Part shown: positions 60,350 to 64,000 of the stretch, one piece after another
Layout: each line of letters begins with the position of its first letter
Numbering within the stretch: the stretch's first letter is position 1
From: Candidatus Onthovivens sp.
GTDB taxonomy: Bacteria > Bacillota_I > Bacilli_A > RFN20 > CAG-826
Length of the DNA stretch: 64,000 nucleotides
NCBI GenBank assembly: GCA_048405595.1
Contig: DBFJOT010000018.1
Coordinates: 208 to 64,207, forward strand
Reading direction: 5' to 3'
The notes under the pieces: generated by a model
Told to the model about the DNA's origin: nothing
What the model saw: the letters and a program-made list of their open reading frames with translations, nothing else
Database searches by the model: none
Program-made: the position numbers and the translations under genes

Positions 60350-60593
60350 TAATTAGTTCGTATAAATCTTGGGCGTCTTCTTTTTTAGCATATGAAACAA
60401 TTTTATTAACTTTAACAGTTAACTTATGGCGTCCAAGTAAGAGAACTAAAATATCTCCTTCCTTTACTTCACTAGATGGTTTTGCAACCTTGTCATTAAT
60501 TTTAAAGATACCTCTTTCAAGAAGTTCTTTAGCAACTGTTCTTCTTTTTATTAATCTTGTAAGTTTTAAATATTTATCTATTCTCATCAACAA
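60309..60593 (-). CDS. rqcP: S4-domain RNA-binding protein (YabO/RqcP/Hsp15-like)
   Basis: 94 aa. MRIDKYLKLTRLIKRRTVAKELLERG... S4 fold. Located between mfd and tilS as B. subtilis yabO is. Confidence 0.7.
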   Translation of the reverse strand: MLMRIDKYLKLTRLIKRRTVAKELLERGIFKINDKVAKPSSEVKEGDILVLLLGRHKLTVKVNKIVSYAKKEDAQDLYELISDEIINEDSNEIK

Positions 60594-63500
60594 TTTTCGC
60601 CTTTCTTTGAGATAAATATACTTTGTGAACTATTTTCAATACTTCAATTAAAGTTATTACCCAATCTTCTTTTTTCTCTATTTCTATATTAATCAATTTA
60701 TCACGATAAGATAATTTAATCTTGTTCGTGTAACGAATTAATGCAGTAAATAAACTTGTACCAATACCATTAATTGATGAAAATTTATCATCTAAAACTA
60801 TTTTTATATATCTAGGATATTCGTTATACGATTTAAACTCTTCTTCGCTTAAATATATGTCAACAGCTCTTTTAACAAACAAAGAAGCAACACTACGAGG
60901 CAATTTTCCATATTGGTCTTTAATAGAGTTTTTTAGTTCATTAAGCATTAAAATAGAATTAACTTGTAATATTTTTTGATATATCTCAAGTTTCTCATCA
61001 ATTTTCGCGAACTTTTCAGGGATATATCCATCGATTGTATTAAGCGATTTAATATTTTTAACTTCTTCAATCGCTTCTCCACGTTTTTCTTTCAAGGCAT
61101 CATTTAATAAGCGAATATACATATCAATTCCAACCGAATCGACAAAACCTGCTTGTTCGGGTCCTAATATATCTCCTGCACCTCTAATTAAAAGATCTCG
61201 TTGAGCAATTTTATATCCACTGCCCAATTCAGTAAAATCTTGAATAGCTTTTAGTCTCTTTTTTGCTTCATCTGTCATTTTTCGATTTTTCTTAATCATA
61301 AGATAAGCAAAAGCCATTCTATCGCCTCTACCGACTCTACCTTTAATTTGATAAAGTTGAGCAAGACCAAATCTATCAGCATTTTCGACAAGTAGCAAAT
61401 TAGCATTAGGGACATCTATACCATTTTCGATAATGGTGGTCGCTAAAAGAATATCTAATTTATGCTCATAGAATTCTGACATGATTTCATCTATGTCTTC
61501 TTTATTCATCTTAGCGTGAATAATTCCTATTTTAGCTTCAGGAACTAAATCTTGGATCATAAGTGCTTTTTTACCTAATTCACTTATATCATTATATAAA
61601 TAATAAACTTGTCCTTTTCTTCCTAATTCTCTTTGAATAATTTCTTTAATTACTTTCTCATCATAATTAATAACATAAGTTTGAATAGGTATTCTTCCTT
61701 TAGGAGCTGTTTCAATTGTTGATATGCTCTTTAATCCGACTAAACTAGATTGTAAAGTTCTTGGAATAGGAGTCGCACTCAAAGTTAAGACATCAATATT
61801 TTTATATCTTTCTTTGATTTTTTCTTTTTGTTCAACACCAAAACGTTGTTCTTCATCAATAATCAAAAGTCCTAAATCTTTAAAAAGTATCGATTGTGAG
61901 AGCACTTTATGTGTTCCGATTAATAAATCTACTCTTCCTTGTTTTAATGATTCTAATATGTCATGTTCGTTAGATTTAGTGTTCATTCTAGTTAAAACTT
62001 CTATTCTAACCGGGAAATCTTTAAATCTTTCTTTCGCTACTTTATAGTGTTGCATCGCTAATAATGTTGTTGGACACAAAAAGCAAACTTGCTTTCCGCT
62101 TAAAATAGCTTTCATAGCCACTTCTAAAGCAACTTCAGTTTTACCAAAGCCGACATCACCACATAGCAATCTATCCATCGGTATTGGTCTTTCCATATCA
62201 CGCTTAATTTCTTCGACACAGCGACTTTGATCTTCTGTTAAATCATGATGGAAACTAATTTCGAAAGATTTTTGAATTTCATCATCTTTTTCAAAAGCAA
62301 AGCCTTCAATTTTAGCTCTTGATTGATATAACTCTAAAAGTCTATCGGCTAAATCGTTGATTCTATCTTTGATTTTCTTCTTAGTTTTTTCCCAAGCTTT
62401 GGTTCCTAAATGATTTAATTTAGGTACAGCACCTTCTTTACCAACATATTTTCTGATCAAATTAAATTGGTATAAAGGAATATAGAGCTTATCATTATTA
62501 GCGTATAAAATCTCGATGTAATCGTTATGTTTACCTTCTAACTCGATCGTTTCTATTTTAGAAAATTTACCAATTCCATATTTCTCGTGAACAACAAAAT
62601 CACCTGGTTCTAATTCTTCTAAACTTTCAATGATTTTACCTTCTTTGAATTTAGTTGAATATGTTAAAAATTTACTTTTTTCTCCAAGCAAAGTTTCGCT
62701 AGAAATAACAACAATGTTTTCACCTGAAAATTCGAAAGATAAATTTATCATCGATCTAGATAAGCTAACACTTGTATCAAGATTTATTTCGTGTGCTTCA
62801 GTGAGTGAATAAGAAGCTTCAAGCGTATCTAAAACATTTATTATCTTTTCCTTTTCGTCATCAGACTTATAAAGAATTAATATTTTAGAAGAATTGTTTA
62901 AATAAAATTCTAAAATCATTATTGCGTTTTTATCTTTGCCTTTGAATTCTTGTATTTGTCTTAAAGGTATCGAAAGATCGTTTTCGTTTAGATAAAATTG
63001 ATTGAGTTTAATTATTTCTGAACCTTTCGGGAAAATGGTTGCTCGATCATTAAAATATTCAAGTCTTGAGATTGACGAAAACGAACTTTGCAATTCAATC
63101 AAGAAGTCGTTTGACTCTTTAATGAGTTGATTTTTTGCATTAGAAAAATCATCAATAGAAGTTAAAATAACCGTTGAATTTTCTAAATAATCCGACAAAG
63201 ACGCGTGAATATCTTGCAAAAACCCATAATATTTATAATTCTTATTAGAAATATCGCCTTTTAATATCTCTTCTAAACTTTCTTCAACATTTCCTTTTAA
63301 GATGTCTTTATCTTCTTCACTTATATTTTTTAAGTCATTTTCTAGTTGATAATTTATCTTATTTTTTGCTTTAAGAAGTTCATCTTCGCTTAAAAGATTT
63401 ACGGTTGCTGGGATGAATAAACACTCCTCCATTTTTTCAAAAGAGAGTTGTGTATCAATTTTAAACTTTCTAATAGATTCAACCTCATCATCAAAAAGTT

Positions 63501-64000
63501 CAATTCTTATCGGATCGTCATAATTTAAAGAAAATACATCTATGACTCCACCTCTAAAAGCAAATTCAAGTGATTGATCAATTTTACTAACTCTAATATA
63601 ACCTAATTTCATTAGTTTATTTTTGAGTTCATTTAAGTCAATTTTATCTCCAACTTTTACCGAAATAAAACTATCATCAAAAAGCTCAACTTTTGGTAAA
63701 AATCTAATTACATTCGATGTAGTCGCAATAATTACTAAATGCTTTTCGTGTCTAATTTTATATAATCCATAAATGAGTTCGCTTTTTAATTCTTTTGACT
63801 CACTTATATAATCAACACGAATTAATTCATTAGATGGTAATAAAACTATTTTATCTTTATCTACAAAAGAAGATAAACCTTCAAACAATCTATTCGCTTC
63901 ATATGAATTAGAAGCATATAAAACTAGATTTCGATCATTTTCGTTATATTTTTTGTACGCTAAAAGTATTGATCCGATATAAGAATCAACTACATTAACT
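60574..64000 (-). CDS. mfd: Transcription-repair coupling factor Mfd; the N-terminus extends beyond the window end
   Basis: 1104+ aa. UvrB-homology N-terminal region, CarD/TRG RNAP-interaction domain, superfamily-2 helicase motifs (GDVGFGKTEVA, DEEQRFG) and the TRCF C-terminal domain. The track start at 63888 is a TTG and the frame stays open to nt 64000. Confidence 0.95.
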   Translation of the reverse strand, partial: VNVVDSYIGSILLAYKKYNENDRNLVLYASNSYEANRLFEGLSSFVDKDKIVLLPSNELIRVDYISESKELKSELIYGLYKIRHEKHLVIIATTSNVIRFLPKVELFDDSFISVKVGDKIDLNELKNKLMKLGYIRVSKIDQSLEFAFRGGVIDVFSLNYDDPIRIELFDDEVESIRKFKIDTQLSFEKMEECLFIPATVNLLSEDELLKAKNKINYQLENDLKNISEEDKDILKGNVEESLEEILKGDISNKNYKYYGFLQDIHASLSDYLENSTVILTSIDDFSNAKNQLIKESNDFLIELQSSFSSISRLEYFNDRATIFPKGSEIIKLNQFYLNENDLSIPLRQIQEFKGKDKNAIMILEFYLNNSSKILILYKSDDEKEKIINVLDTLEASYSLTEAHEINLDTSVSLSRSMINLSFEFSGENIVVISSETLLGEKSKFLTYSTKFKEGKIIESLEELEPGDFVVHEKYGIGKFSKIETIELEGKHNDYIEILYANNDKLYIPLYQFNLIRKYVGKEGAVPKLNHLGTKAWEKTKKKIKDRINDLADRLLELYQSRAKIEGFAFEKDDEIQKSFEISFHHDLTEDQSRCVEEIKRDMERPIPMDRLLCGDVGFGKTEVALEVAMKAILSGKQVCFLCPTTLLAMQHYKVAKERFKDFPVRIEVLTRMNTKSNEHDILESLKQGRVDLLIGTHKVLSQSILFKDLGLLIIDEEQRFGVEQKEKIKERYKNIDVLTLSATPIPRTLQSSLVGLKSISTIETAPKGRIPIQTYVINYDEKVIKEIIQRELGRKGQVYYLYNDISELGKKALMIQDLVPEAKIGIIHAKMNKEDIDEIMSEFYEHKLDILLATTIIENGIDVPNANLLLVENADRFGLAQLYQIKGRVGRGDRMAFAYLMIKKNRKMTDEAKKRLKAIQDFTELGSGYKIAQRDLLIRGAGDILGPEQAGFVDSVGIDMYIRLLNDALKEKRGEAIEEVKNIKSLNTIDGYIPEKFAKIDEKLEIYQKILQVNSILMLNELKNSIKDQYGKLPRSVASLFVKRAVDIYLSEEEFKSYNEYPRYIKIVLDDKFSSINGIGTSLFTALIRYTNKIKLSYRDKLINIEIEKKEDWVITLIEVLKIVHKVYLSQRKAKIVDENR

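Noticed and set aside
1-64000. Scanned for CRISPR repeats, tRNA/rRNA genes and transposase/integrase/recombinase ORFs
   Set aside because: There are no regularly spaced direct repeats and no tRNA T-arm-like GTTCGAATC motifs apart from the tmRNA. No ORF has transposase or integrase hallmarks. The atypical blocks around lysS therefore lack an identifiable mobility module.

Overview
This is a low-GC window (roughly 30% GC by eye) that uses the standard genetic code. TGA acts as a stop, including at the prfB frameshift site. It looks like a Firmicutes/Erysipelotrichia- or Acholeplasma-like chromosome and is densely packed with housekeeping genes. Left to right on the map these are: ktrBA, secG, uvrB, prfB (with a programmed +1 frameshift), secA, comFA-comFC, rpiB-tsaC-prmC-prfA, dnaX-ybaB-recR-tmk-holB-ricT-rsmI, a pstSCAB-phoU-response regulator-histidine kinase phosphate operon (all on the minus strand), a GH2 glycosidase, a tandem-DUF1538 membrane protein with two PII-like proteins, rluD-like, pyrG, a ROK glucokinase, tmRNA, rlmH, gdpP-rplI-dnaB, rpsF-ssb-rpsR, lysS, dusB-ftsH-tilS-rqcP(yabO)-mfd. 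I saw no rRNA, tRNA, CRISPR array, transposase or integrase.

The less ordinary content is:
- two blocks flanking lysS (46.7-49.6 kb and 51.4-55.9 kb) that by eye have different, ATA-rich codon usage. They encode secreted, lipoprotein and FtsX/MacB-type ABC proteins, and the ABC ATPase motifs are complementarily degenerate.
- a tandem-DUF1538 transporter-like gene with two downstream PII-like signalling proteins.
- a pyrG leader with a GGGC start and a C-rich terminator arm, which suggests CTP-sensing reiterative-transcription attenuation.
- a tmRNA gene sitting 19 nt upstream of glcK.
- a few palindromes and small ORFs.

Coordinates I derived by hand (starts, hairpins, promoters) may be off by 1-2 nt. 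Gene boundaries come from the ORF track unless stated.
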